DNA of 64,000 bases. Origin: Pirellulales bacterium. GTDB lineage: Bacteria; Planctomycetota; Planctomycetia; Pirellulales; PALSA-1355. Position numbers and translations under genes: made by a program. The DNA lies in assembly GCA_963733035.1 (NCBI GenBank), contig CAVTBU010000005.1, forward strand, positions 736,001 through 800,000. The letters run 5' to 3'. The notes beneath the pieces are model-generated. The model made no database searches. It was not told the DNA's origin and worked only from the letters and a program-made list of their open reading frames with translations. Shown piece by piece: positions 54,805 to 64,000 of the stretch (its first letter is position 1; each line of letters starts with the position of its first letter).

Positions 54805-56634
54805 TTACTTCTCCGCTACCAGGCCGGGCACGGTGGCGGTGGTCACGTCGCGGAGCAGATTGTCGTGCACCAGGATTTGCTCGTTTCCGACGAAATAGCT
54901 GTGATTGTCCGCGACGACCAAGTTGAAGCAGGGCGCCCGGCCGCGATTCTCGATGCGGTCGATTGATTTGCCACCGCTCGTGGTGTGGAGCAACTGACCT
55001 GCTTGCAATTGCTTGGCCATTTGCCAGCCAACTCCGGATACCCAGAAGGGATGCCCCCGCGTAGCGCGGATCACGTCGCTGCCGACCTGGATTTCAACCA
55101 AGGGGCTGACGGGACGCGTCGTGGTGGCGATCACCGCCTTGTAGGCGAGTTCGCCGGTGTCGGGATGCTGCGCCAACACGCAGTCGCCGGGGCGAATCTC
55201 CTGGATCGGCATTGGCCCGGTGGATGTCCAGACGGGCGTACCCGCAACAAAGCAAGAGCTGTAGTTGTAATGGTATCGGACGCGCCCGGCGGTTTGCACA
55301 TTGCGTGTTTGCGTTTCAACGGGCTTATAGGGCGGTCGATAGATTTCGTTGTAGTCCATCCACCAGTTCCACCAATCCACCGGCTCTGTTCCTGCATTGT
55401 GCCGGGTCGCCGTAGCGAGCGCCTCGGTGGTGTGCTGGTTCAATTCGGCAAACAGTGCATTGTGATGCTCGGCTTGCGCCGCGATTATTTGATCTTGGTA
55501 CGACGTGTCTGGCTCGCCGTGATTCTTGGCGTCAACATAACCTAGCCTCAGATGGAAGGTCACTTCAACCGAACGCGATGGCGTGGCGGTCGAAATAAAT
55601 GCCCGGTCGCGAAGTGGCCCCGGTTGATAGAGCGTCAGACGGTGACCACTAGCGCCGTTGTGTAGGAACGACTCGAAATTCACTTCAATCGGAGATTCGA
55701 GCGCCGCCATCATGGTCGGCACGTAGCTGAACAGCGACCGCGACTGCAGGGCTTCAGCGGCTTCTCGTCGCACGGTTGCGTCTTGCGCGTAGATCGCTAG
55801 ACGAATCAGTAGATTCGTCGAGGCCTGCTGAGGCATGGCATCGAGGGCCGCGATCGCCGCATGCACAGCCTTCGTATCGCTGCCAGCCAGGATGTTCTCC
55901 AAATCGGCAATGGCCGCCGGTTCACGAATGCCTTGCAGTTTGTCGAGGGCATCGCCTCGGCGCAAGGGATTGGTGCTGCGGAGGCCAGTCCGGATCTGCG
56001 CGAGGATCGGTTTAAGTTTACCCAGGCTGCGTGCCGTTTGTCGCGTCTGTTCAAATTGCGCCTGCAATTGATCGCGCGTCATGATTTGACCCTGTTGTCG
56101 GATCAGGCCCAACCGGCCAATCGCGCCGCGCGCGTTCGGATCGAGTTGTAGCGCGTAGAGCAAATGGCAACGCTCTTCTTCCTGCAGGCCATGCGCGGCG
56201 CACCAGTCGGCCATCTCCAAATGATCGCGGACTGTGTTGTGTCCGTCGTCGCGACGCTGGCGATACTGTTCGACAATGCCCTGGCGGTTGGCCAACTCCG
56301 CCGCATCGCGCACCGGTAACCACTTTTTACCGACCCGCACGTCTCCAGAATGCCAATGGGCGGAAGCGAAATCTGGCGAGACTTGCAACGCGGCATGAAG
56401 TAGCTTCGCACGTTGCTCGGGCTGCCCATCGACTTCGGCGGCGAGCGCTTGGTGGACGAGATTTCCCGCCTCGGTATCGCGGACGCCGGCCTTCGACCAG
56501 ATCGTACCCCGCGATGAAGTCGGCCGCTCGATGCCGGGAAAACTTGCATCTGCGGCGACAGTTGCGCCAGCCCACAACGCACACGCGGCAACGGCTGACA
56601 CGACGCCACACAGACCACTGCAAGTGGTTCGCAT
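54805..56634 (-). CDS. Exported TPR/HEAT-like protein with C-terminal Hint (BIL) domain, paralog 2
   Basis: Signal peptide MRTTC...ATVAA; same architecture and identical tail as paralog 1. Confidence 0.85.
   Translation of the reverse strand: MRTTCSGLCGVVSAVAACALWAGATVAADASFPGIERPTSSRGTIWSKAGVRDTEAGNLVHQALAAEVDGQPEQRAKLLHAALQVSPDFASAHWHSGDVRVGKKWLPVRDAAELANRQGIVEQYRQRRDDGHNTVRDHLEMADWCAAHGLQEEERCHLLYALQLDPNARGAIGRLGLIRQQGQIMTRDQLQAQFEQTRQTARSLGKLKPILAQIRTGLRSTNPLRRGDALDKLQGIREPAAIADLENILAGSDTKAVHAAIAALDAMPQQASTNLLIRLAIYAQDATVRREAAEALQSRSLFSYVPTMMAALESPIEVNFESFLHNGASGHRLTLYQPGPLRDRAFISTATPSRSVEVTFHLRLGYVDAKNHGEPDTSYQDQIIAAQAEHHNALFAELNQHTTEALATATRHNAGTEPVDWWNWWMDYNEIYRPPYKPVETQTRNVQTAGRVRYHYNYSSCFVAGTPVWTSTGPMPIQEIRPGDCVLAQHPDTGELAYKAVIATTTRPVSPLVEIQVGSDVIRATRGHPFWVSGVGWQMAKQLQAGQLLHTTSGGKSIDRIENRGRAPCFNLVVADNHSYFVGNEQILVHDNLLRDVTTATVPGLVAEK
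54836..54903. repeat. 68-bp direct repeat, copy 2
   Basis: One synonymous mismatch (AAC/AAT) to copy 1. Confidence 0.9.
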
Positions 56635-56816
56635 GATCGACCTCATCCTGGTTGGTCCGTTGTGTGTCGCACCTTCTAATATACGAAAGCAGGGCACAAA
56701 ATGCTCGGCCAGAAGGACCGCCCGGGAGCTTACAGTATTGAAAGCTTGGAGGGCGCAATACCGCGGGAGACGATCGAGAGCAGGCCTGGTGGCCCAATGC
56801 AGGCTCTCGCAAACGG

Positions 56817-57629
56817 TTACTCGCTACCCATCGCCCGCCGCACCAGGTCTCGGTCGAAATAGTTGACGCTCATCCCGGCGTCGACGACGAGTTGCTGAGC
56901 ATTGATGCCGCTGGACCGCGGACTCAGTAGAAAGGCCGCGACGTTGGCCACCTCGGCAGTCTGAACGGCCTGCTTGCGGAGCGTAACTTGCTCAGCGTAC
57001 AAGTAACTTTCGACATATCCAGGAATGCCGGCCGAGGCCGAGGTCTTCAGCAGCCCCGGCGAGACCGCGTTGAACCGAACCGCTGAAAACTGGCTGAACG
57101 ACTTCGCGAGAAACACCAGAGACGAATCGAGGGCAGCTTTCACCGGCGCCATATACCCATAGTTTTCGGCCGCCATGCGTGTCGTGGAAATCGAGATGGC
57201 AACGACCGACGCCTGACGATCAAGCAATTCGCGAAACGCGTTCGACAGGGCTAAAAGCGAATAGCACGAGATGTCGATGGCTCGCAAGAATGCATGGCGC
57301 GGCGTCTCGTGGAATGGCTTGGCCCCTTCGCCGTAGTCGGCAAAGGCGATGGAGTGCACCAGGCCGTGCAACCGGGGGTGGTCGCGTCGCACGTCATCGC
57401 GCAGGCGGTCGATTTGATCCTGGTGCTCGACGTCGCAAACGTGAATTTCGGCCTGCTCGCCGAGCAACTTGGCGACCGACTGTCGTCGTGCTTCGGAGCG
57501 GACAACGTAAACAACCTTGGCGCCGGCATCTTCCAGCACGCGCGCGACGTGGTAGGCCACGCTCTTGCGGTTCGCGATCCCGAACACCAGGATCGTCTTG
57601 CCCTCAAGCTGCAGAAAATCGATGGCCAT
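56817..57629 (-). CDS. FabI-like enoyl-ACP reductase (SDR)
   Basis: [34 protein letters not shown]. Confidence 0.88.
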   Translation of the reverse strand: MAIDFLQLEGKTILVFGIANRKSVAYHVARVLEDAGAKVVYVVRSEARRQSVAKLLGEQAEIHVCDVEHQDQIDRLRDDVRRDHPRLHGLVHSIAFADYGEGAKPFHETPRHAFLRAIDISCYSLLALSNAFRELLDRQASVVAISISTTRMAAENYGYMAPVKAALDSSLVFLAKSFSQFSAVRFNAVSPGLLKTSASAGIPGYVESYLYAEQVTLRKQAVQTAEVANVAAFLLSPRSSGINAQQLVVDAGMSVNYFDRDLVRRAMGSE

Positions 57630-57650
57630 GGAAGGTGCCACCAGGAGGCG

Positions 57651-58079
57651 TTACTCGGCCTGAGCCAGAGCGCAAGTGAATTCCAGCCGCATGGCCAACT
57701 GGCCGCCGCAATAAACGCGGCCCGACAGAAACCACGCCTTGGAAATACGATTGGTGAGCGTGACTTCCATTTCGATGGTGTCGCCCGGCTTGACCATGCG
57801 GCGAAAGCGGACGTTGTTCATGCCAGCGGCCACCGGGATGCACCCTTCCGACGGTTCGGCACTCTGCGACAACAGGATTGCGCCCGCCTGCATGGCCGCT
57901 TCGCACAAGAGAACGCCAGGCGCGATTGGAAACGTGGGGTAATGGCCGGCAAAAAACCATTCGTCTTCGCGAAAGGTTTTGCGACAAACGATGCGGTCTG
58001 CACTGCGTTCGACGATTTCATCGACCAGCAAGAACGGTGGTCGGTGCGGGATTGCGGCGTGAATTTCTTGAATGCTCAT
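57651..58079 (-). CDS. FabZ-family 3-hydroxyacyl-ACP dehydratase
   Basis: [43 protein letters not shown] overlap with the upstream gene. Confidence 0.9.
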   Translation of the reverse strand: MSIQEIHAAIPHRPPFLLVDEIVERSADRIVCRKTFREDEWFFAGHYPTFPIAPGVLLCEAAMQAGAILLSQSAEPSEGCIPVAAGMNNVRFRRMVKPGDTIEMEVTLTNRISKAWFLSGRVYCGGQLAMRLEFTCALAQAE

Positions 58080-59521
58080 GGTGCAGCGGCAAGTGTTTTC
58101 TGTGTGCTTGACTTCATTAACCAGGCGTCCACGTCGTTGGCCACGATGACCCCGTAGTTCATCGCCCCCAGCCAACCCGACATGATGATGCCGACACTGC
58201 CGGCGTGATACAAGCCACCCACCTGTTCGGGAATCGCCCGGCTGACGGCCAACCCCTCGAACTTGGTACCGAAGCTGGCACCGTTCAGGTGCCGCGTGTA
58301 GTGCCGGAACGTAAGCGGCGTGGATGCCTCGGCGTGATCCAGCTTCTCACGAATGTCGGGCACATAACGGGCAATGGCCTGAAGTGTCGTCTCCACCAGG
58401 TCACGTTTGCTGGCTTCGTAGTCGTCGCGGGAGAGTTTGGCCCAATCGTCGAACCTGGCATTGGTGCTGGAGACGATCAGCGATCGATTGCTCCCCGGTC
58501 GGGTGCGCGGGTAGTAGAACGAATAGGTGCGGCTGGTGATGTCGCGCGACAGCAGAGCCTCGGTGCGAAACAACGGCGCCGTAGAACTGAACAGCAAATC
58601 GCCCAGGCTCTCGTCGAGCTCGACGCCGGGCTTGAGCGCCATGTAAACCTGGCAGCTCGAATTGTTGAGTCGAACGGCACGGGCCTCGTCGCGAAACTTC
58701 GGATCGAAATATTGCTCGCCCACGAGGTCTAGCACGGTGCTCTTGAGATTCGCGTTCGACACGACCGCGGAAGCGCCAATTTCGCGTCCATCCACGCGCA
58801 CGCCCGCCACCCGGCCGCCGCGCACGAGGATCTTTTCGACGTCGCACTTAATTCGTACATCGACGCCGCTCTTGATCAAGTCATCGTGCATCAGGCGGAT
58901 TAGCCGGTCGGTCCCCCCTTCGAACGTAAACACGCCTTTCGACATGAAGTTCGAAAAAACAATGCCATAACTGATGGCCGGGTCTTCCAGCGTTGAACCG
59001 TTGGCGTAGGTAATCGGCTCCATCAGCAGACGAATCACGTCCTCGCGGCCCGGAAAAAACCGCTCGAACAATTGACCGACGCTCGTCGACTGGTCGTCGT
59101 AAAAGTTCATGCCGCGCGCTGTGTCAAAGAAGGCCTGCACGTCGCCCTCTGGCACGCGAAACCGCTCGATCAGCAACCGCGTGAAGTCCTCGCGATTGAA
59201 GGTCGTCGTGAGCGAGAACATGGGGTTATCGAAACGGATGTGCTTGAGCTGCACGATCGAGTCGGCAATTTCCCTCGTCCAATATCGGCGGCAACTCTTA
59301 ATCATGCCCACGGGGAATCCGTGCAGCGAGATATCAAAGATGTGCCCGCCGGGCCGCTTGAACCAGGTGGCCATGCCCCCGAGCTTGTAGTGCTGTTCGA
59401 GCAGCAGAACGGACTGCCCGGTGTGCGCCAACGTATTGGCGGCGGTCAGTCCGGCCAGACCGCTGCCGATGACGATACAGTCGTAATGATCGCGAACACC
59501 TTGCAGAAAATCTTTGGGCAT
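58076..59521 (-). CDS. Phytoene desaturase/CrtISO-superfamily FAD oxidoreductase 2
   Basis: [43 protein letters not shown]. Confidence 0.85.
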   Translation of the reverse strand: MPKDFLQGVRDHYDCIVIGSGLAGLTAANTLAHTGQSVLLLEQHYKLGGMATWFKRPGGHIFDISLHGFPVGMIKSCRRYWTREIADSIVQLKHIRFDNPMFSLTTTFNREDFTRLLIERFRVPEGDVQAFFDTARGMNFYDDQSTSVGQLFERFFPGREDVIRLLMEPITYANGSTLEDPAISYGIVFSNFMSKGVFTFEGGTDRLIRLMHDDLIKSGVDVRIKCDVEKILVRGGRVAGVRVDGREIGASAVVSNANLKSTVLDLVGEQYFDPKFRDEARAVRLNNSSCQVYMALKPGVELDESLGDLLFSSTAPLFRTEALLSRDITSRTYSFYYPRTRPGSNRSLIVSSTNARFDDWAKLSRDDYEASKRDLVETTLQAIARYVPDIREKLDHAEASTPLTFRHYTRHLNGASFGTKFEGLAVSRAIPEQVGGLYHAGSVGIIMSGWLGAMNYGVIVANDVDAWLMKSSTQKTLAAAP

Positions 59522-59542
59522 GTGCGCTACCGTGCCTGGACG

Positions 59543-60970
59543 TCAAATCTCGATGCTGCCGGCCGCGGCGACCTGTTCCATGTCGTCTGTCCCGGTATTG
59601 AGTAAATACCGATTGGCCATCAAGATACCACTGAACATGGCGCCGACGATTCCCACGAACCCCTGGTCGGTGCCACACAAGAACAGATTCCTAAGGTGCG
59701 TCGTGCCGCTCTTGCGCTTTTCGGGGGCACCGTACACGGCACCGTTTTCGTGGCCGGTGAAGCGATGGATCGTGGTTGGCGTGAACGCATCCTGAGCGAT
59801 CGTATGAGATCGGAAATCGCCTACGTAACGGGCGGCCGTCGCCATCATTCGCTCGTAGCTATTTTGCTTGGCGGCCTGATACTCGTCCGGGGGCAACCTT
59901 CGCCAATGGTCATAGTTGGCGAGCGCCGTAACGCGGATAAGCCCTTCGCCCAGCGGCTGATCATAGGCGAAGTTGTTCGGACAGCAGATTACGCCGCTTG
60001 AAACGTCGACGAGCTCGTCTGGCTTGCGCCAGTGGAAGCGATCGCTGTCGTTGTAGAAAACGATTGTCCGATCGCAGCCCAAATCGCGCGGCTCGGAGTT
60101 GAGCACGGCCATGCTTTCGACAAACGATAGCTGGCCGTGCGCTGGCGGTCGCGGCGGGCCGGCCTCGCACATCCGCATCGTTTCGACCAACCCGGCGGAC
60201 GAAAGGATGCGTTCGGCCTCCACCTCGCCGCCGTCGTCGAGCACGATGCGCGAGACCCGCCCAGAGTCCACTTCCATTCGCTGCACGCCACTGCGCAACC
60301 GTAATTCTCCTCCCAGTTGCTTGAAACGACGCACGAGATTCTTAAGGATTTCCCGCATGCCGGCCCAAGGGCGGGCAAACCCTTCCTGAAAAATGCTGCG
60401 GAACATAATGGAAAATTGACCAAAGTCCATGTCATGTTCGCGGGCGCCGCCATAGAACTGCAGCGGGCAGAATAGCATGTCAATCAGCAGCGGATCGCGA
60501 ATCCACTGGGACACGATCGAACGGGCCGATTGATTGGCCAAATCGCCGTCCAGGTCGTCGTAGTCAATCACGGCCGCGGTTAACTTTTCGAAGTTGTCTT
60601 TTTCGGCCGGAAAAGCCCGGTGTACTTCCGAACGAAACAGCTCGAACTGATTGCTGAACTGCAGCGTTACACCCGGAAACGCAATCGCCGAACCAATCTG
60701 CGGCGTGAGGGCGAAGTCTTCCCAATGAAACCGCAACTGACGAAGCAGTCGGGCCAAGGGGCCCTTGCGAGCCCCCTTCGGCGTGAAGTTCGTGACGGCG
60801 TGCAACCCGACGTCGAAATTACGGCCACCCAGCCGATAGAACGAATTCAGCCCGCCAATCGTGGTATGGCGTTCGAGGATGCAAACTCGCTGATCGTAAT
60901 ATGCCAGTCGGATGCCGGCGGCTAGACCCGAGAGGCCGGCGCCGATGATGATCGTGTCGTACGTGGACAT
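59543..60970 (-). CDS. Phytoene desaturase/CrtISO-superfamily FAD oxidoreductase 1
   Basis: IGAGLSGL, LERHTTIGG, FDVGLHA, FTPTT, GAVYG, NLFLCG, GIVGAMFSG. Confidence 0.85.
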   Translation of the reverse strand: MSTYDTIIIGAGLSGLAAGIRLAYYDQRVCILERHTTIGGLNSFYRLGGRNFDVGLHAVTNFTPKGARKGPLARLLRQLRFHWEDFALTPQIGSAIAFPGVTLQFSNQFELFRSEVHRAFPAEKDNFEKLTAAVIDYDDLDGDLANQSARSIVSQWIRDPLLIDMLFCPLQFYGGAREHDMDFGQFSIMFRSIFQEGFARPWAGMREILKNLVRRFKQLGGELRLRSGVQRMEVDSGRVSRIVLDDGGEVEAERILSSAGLVETMRMCEAGPPRPPAHGQLSFVESMAVLNSEPRDLGCDRTIVFYNDSDRFHWRKPDELVDVSSGVICCPNNFAYDQPLGEGLIRVTALANYDHWRRLPPDEYQAAKQNSYERMMATAARYVGDFRSHTIAQDAFTPTTIHRFTGHENGAVYGAPEKRKSGTTHLRNLFLCGTDQGFVGIVGAMFSGILMANRYLLNTGTDDMEQVAAAGSIEI

Positions 60971-61053
60971 GAACGCGTGGACCAGGGGCGGCGGTTCGTT
61001 GAAGGACGGCCGAGCCAATCGTGCTCGGAGAGGGATTCGAGACGCGGTATGCG

Positions 61054-61314
61054 CTATGCCTTTTGTAGGTCTTTCATCAGTGGCGTGAGATAGTTGACGG
61101 TGCTGTTCATCGTCGCCAATTCAATGTAGTCATCTTCCGGAATTTGCACGCGATAACGTTTGCGAAGCTCCATGACGATGTCCAGAAAATCCATGCTATC
61201 GAGCTCAAGCTGCTCGCGCAGCGGCACGTCATCTTTCAGGCCGCTCAAGTCCTCGTCGGGCGCGATGCCCTCCAGGATTTCAAGGACCGTTTCTTTGATT
61301 TCGGCGGGACTCAT
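61054..61314 (-). CDS. Acyl carrier protein (pathway-dedicated type)
   Basis: 86 aa, LDSMD phosphopantetheine Ser. Confidence 0.92.
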   Translation of the reverse strand: MSPAEIKETVLEILEGIAPDEDLSGLKDDVPLREQLELDSMDFLDIVMELRKRYRVQIPEDDYIELATMNSTVNYLTPLMKDLQKA

Positions 61315-61341
61315 GCCGTCTTTACTCCGTGAAAAACACTC

Positions 61342-62601
61342 TCAGATGCGCGTGACAATGACGACGGAATTGATGCCCAGCATGCCGAATGAATTGTTCA
61401 GGATGACGTCCACCCGCTTCTTCTCTCGCGGCTCCCGGATCACCAGGCCCGTGAGGGCGCACTCGGGATCGAGCGTGTCGACATTGATCGTGTGATGACA
61501 CACGCCGTCGGCAAAGGCCGGCAGATTTCCACTCAATTCGAGAGCGCCGGCGGCTCCCATCGTGTGGCCAATAAAACTCTTGGCATTATTGAACAGCGTT
61601 CCGGGCGAGTCGCCAAACACGCGACGCAGGGCCGCGCATTCCTGCACGTCGCCGCTGCTGGTGCCGGTGGCATGGGTGCTGACGATGTCGACTTGCTGGG
61701 GACCCAAACCGGCACGCTTGAGCGCCTTCTGCACGCACTCGGCCTGCCGCTCGGCATTGGGCAGCACGAAGTCACTGGCATCGCTGTTCATGGCGTAACC
61801 GGCGATTTCGCCGTAGATCTTGGCGCCGCGCCTTTTGGCATCCGAAAGCCGCTCGAGCACATACAGGCAACCACCTTCGGAAACGACAATGCCGTTGCGT
61901 TCGACATCGAATGGCCGCGAAGCTTTGGTGGGATCCACGTGCGAGGCCAGAGCGCCCTGGCTCTTGAAGCTGGCAAAGATACCGAACGTGCGAACGCTTT
62001 CGGAAACCCCTCCGGCAAGTGCCAGATCGCATTCGCCCAACCGCAACATTTGCACGCCCTGAATGATACCGGCGTTGCCGGCGGCACAGGCAGCCCCCAC
62101 CGTATAGTGCGGCCCCGTGATGCCCAGATTCAGTGAGATCTCGCCGGCGGGGTTATTCGCCACGGTGCGCGGGTTGTGGTGGTGCGACCAGAACTTCGTG
62201 TCATAGTCGAACCCTCGCAGCTCGTAGATTTCGTTCTCGGTTTCGACGTTGCCGTGTTCCGTGACCCCGACGTAGACGCCCACCATCGACTTGTCGACGT
62301 TCGCCCAATCAAGCGCGGCATCGCCAATTGCTTCTCGAGCACAATAGATCCCCACGCTGCCGGCCCGGGTTCCGCGACGGAGATCTTTTTTCTTCTGGTA
62401 ACGCAGATCGTCGAACGTGCAAACGCCGGCGAGCGTTGGACCGACATAGCGAATTTCGTAAGGCGACACGCCACTACGCCCCGCCAAGAGACTCTCGCGA
62501 AACTCCCCCAACGAGTTCCCGTTGGGCGAGGTCAGACCGATGCCAGTGATAACAATTCGCTGGGCGTCGGGACGCTCGTGCTGAGGCAATGTCGCAATCA
62601 T
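61342..62601 (-). CDS. Beta-ketoacyl-ACP synthase, FabF/FabB family
   Basis: VITGIG, AACAAG (Cys), HATGT and GHTMG (His, His), NSFGMLG. Confidence 0.92.
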   Translation of the reverse strand: MIATLPQHERPDAQRIVITGIGLTSPNGNSLGEFRESLLAGRSGVSPYEIRYVGPTLAGVCTFDDLRYQKKKDLRRGTRAGSVGIYCAREAIGDAALDWANVDKSMVGVYVGVTEHGNVETENEIYELRGFDYDTKFWSHHHNPRTVANNPAGEISLNLGITGPHYTVGAACAAGNAGIIQGVQMLRLGECDLALAGGVSESVRTFGIFASFKSQGALASHVDPTKASRPFDVERNGIVVSEGGCLYVLERLSDAKRRGAKIYGEIAGYAMNSDASDFVLPNAERQAECVQKALKRAGLGPQQVDIVSTHATGTSSGDVQECAALRRVFGDSPGTLFNNAKSFIGHTMGAAGALELSGNLPAFADGVCHHTINVDTLDPECALTGLVIREPREKKRVDVILNNSFGMLGINSVVIVTRI

Positions 62602-62799
62602 TGCGCGGCTACTCCGTGATCGAAGTGAATTCTTGCCAAGTCGACTGCCCGCACCACGTTAGATTGGATCTGTGAAACCCTTGAGGCTACCTCTTTACGA
62701 CGCAGTTCGCAAGGCCATGCGGGGCGGGTGGACGTGCGAAGAAACGGCCCATCAAACTTTGCTTTACAAAGCGCGCGGGTGGAGCCCGCGCGACTTTAC

Positions 62800-63798
62800 C
62801 TAAGCGTGCGAACCTGACTTCAAGGTCATGCCAAGTCGGCGCATCCCCTCTTCGGTGGAAACGCGCGGCGCGTAGTTAAAATCTCGCTGCGCGCGGCGAA
62901 TGTCGAAATAGTGCGACATTCCCAATTGGGCCGCCAGAAAGCGCGTCATCCGGGGCTCGCTTTGGATTTGAAAGACGCGATGAACGAGTTCCATCATGGC
63001 GCCGATTTTCCACGCCGCGGACAGCGAAATGGAACGCGCAACTGGCGGCAAGCCGGCTAGGCCGAGGATCTCATCGATCCACTGCCAGCAGTTCACCGCC
63101 GATCCCTGGCTGATGAAATACGCCTGTCCGGCAACCGGTGAATTAGCAGCCAAACGATCAGCGGCTTGGATGTGGGCCGCGGCCGCGTTGTCGACGTAGA
63201 CCATATCGATCAAATTTGCGCCATCTCCCACCCGTCGCAATTGACCACTTCGAGCTCGGGCGATCAGTCGCGGAACCAAATGTTGGTCGCCCGGCCCCCA
63301 GATCAAATGCGGTCGCAAGGCACACGTGGAGAGGCCGTGTTCGTTTGCGGCCAGGACCTCCTGTTCGCCCAGTGCCTTGGTTTGCGCGTAGTGGCACAGC
63401 CACCGGCTCGCATAGCCGACGCTTTCGTCGACCCGCTCTTGCGGCTGGCCATCGAAAGTGACACTGGGACTGCTCGTGTAGACGAGTTTTCGCACGCCTT
63501 GCTTACGGCAGCCTTCGATCACATGCCGCGTACCAAGAACGTTGACAACGTGGAATTCGTTCCAAGGCCCCCAGATGCCCGCCAGAGCCGCCGTGTGAAA
63601 CACGACGTCGCGATCGGCACAAGCGGCCTGCACGCAAGCTGGGTCTCGAACGTCGCCCTGTACGCATTCAACGCCCAACCTTGCAAGTTCTGGATAGGCG
63701 CCCCGGGCCAGACTGCGCACCTCATCTCCGCGTCCGAGAAGTTGTTGGACGATAGCGCGACCAAGAAAGCCACCTCCGCCGGTAACCAGCACTCGCAT
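62800..63798 (-). CDS. oleD: OleD, 3-beta-HSD-family 2-alkyl-3-oxoalkanoate reductase
   Basis: TGGGGFLG, YTSSPSV, HYAQTK, LRPHLIWGPGD, PRMTRFLA; TGATG overlap with oleC. Confidence 0.82.
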   Translation of the reverse strand: MRVLVTGGGGFLGRAIVQQLLGRGDEVRSLARGAYPELARLGVECVQGDVRDPACVQAACADRDVVFHTAALAGIWGPWNEFHVVNVLGTRHVIEGCRKQGVRKLVYTSSPSVTFDGQPQERVDESVGYASRWLCHYAQTKALGEQEVLAANEHGLSTCALRPHLIWGPGDQHLVPRLIARARSGQLRRVGDGANLIDMVYVDNAAAAHIQAADRLAANSPVAGQAYFISQGSAVNCWQWIDEILGLAGLPPVARSISLSAAWKIGAMMELVHRVFQIQSEPRMTRFLAAQLGMSHYFDIRRAQRDFNYAPRVSTEEGMRRLGMTLKSGSHA

Positions 63799-64000
63799 CA
63801 CTGCCACCCCAAGCGCCTGGCTGCCCAGGGCGCGAGTTGCTCGCGAAAGATCTTGGCATTGTGGCGGATGTCCACCGGCATTGATCGGTGGATCAGGATG
63901 TGCTCGATGCCATCTGTAAGTGGGTTGGCACTTCCCAACGCCGCGAGCTCGTCGAGAAGCGTTAGGCGCGCCCGGCGTCGACGTGGTAACTTCCCGGGCC
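63798..64000 (-). CDS. oleC: C-terminal end of OleC (beta-lactone synthetase, AMP-ligase family); partial
   Basis: Manual translation ends ...HRSMPVDIRHNAKIFREQLAPWAARRLGWQ*; PVDIRHNAKI is the OleC-type C-terminal motif. Confidence 0.8.
   Translation of the reverse strand, partial: PGKLPRRRRARLTLLDELAALGSANPLTDGIEHILIHRSMPVDIRHNAKIFREQLAPWAARRLGWQ

Noticed and set aside
52880..54903. DGR template/variable repeat pair
   Set aside because: A single synonymous C/T mismatch on the coding strand, both copies coding, and no reverse transcriptase in the window.
52849..56634. Polymorphic toxin/immunity system
   Set aside because: Only 18 aa follow the Hint domain; no toxin domain or immunity ORF.
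58076..60970. Carotenoid biosynthesis cluster
   Set aside because: No crtB/crtE or cyclase nearby; context is ACP-dependent.

Overview
GC-rich chromosomal segment. Gene content points to a Planctomycete, probably Pirellulales-like (inferred from PVC-type heme CxxCH dehydrogenase, DUF1559, BlaI/BlaR1-type pair and Hint-domain proteins). Housekeeping and metabolic genes include tRNA-Arg(CCG), sucA/sucB, moaDEA, HU/IHF, pyrD, trpS, acpS, topA and glgB. At least nine genes carry frameshifts, mostly repairable by one added base, probably long-read assembly errors. The most notable region is 51.6-64 kb: OleA, OleD and OleC head-to-head hydrocarbon genes sit with a dedicated type II FAS cassette (FabF, atypical ACP, two CrtI-like flavoproteins, FabZ, FabI). 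Nested inside are two tandem exported proteins with splicing-incompatible Hint domains and an identical C-terminal tail. Other oddities: a fused MlaF-MlaE gene missed by the ORF track, a Tat-exported ThDP enzyme beside a cytochrome c, two adjacent probable pseudoenzymes (RNase H-like, PuuD-like), a PL10 pectate lyase coupled inside the moa operon, an E2o lacking an E3-binding domain, a recurring intergenic YAAG-N17-CTTR motif and a GGA-rich candidate CsrA target. No CRISPR array, integrase or transposase was seen. Family calls rest on motif recognition only; no searches were run.
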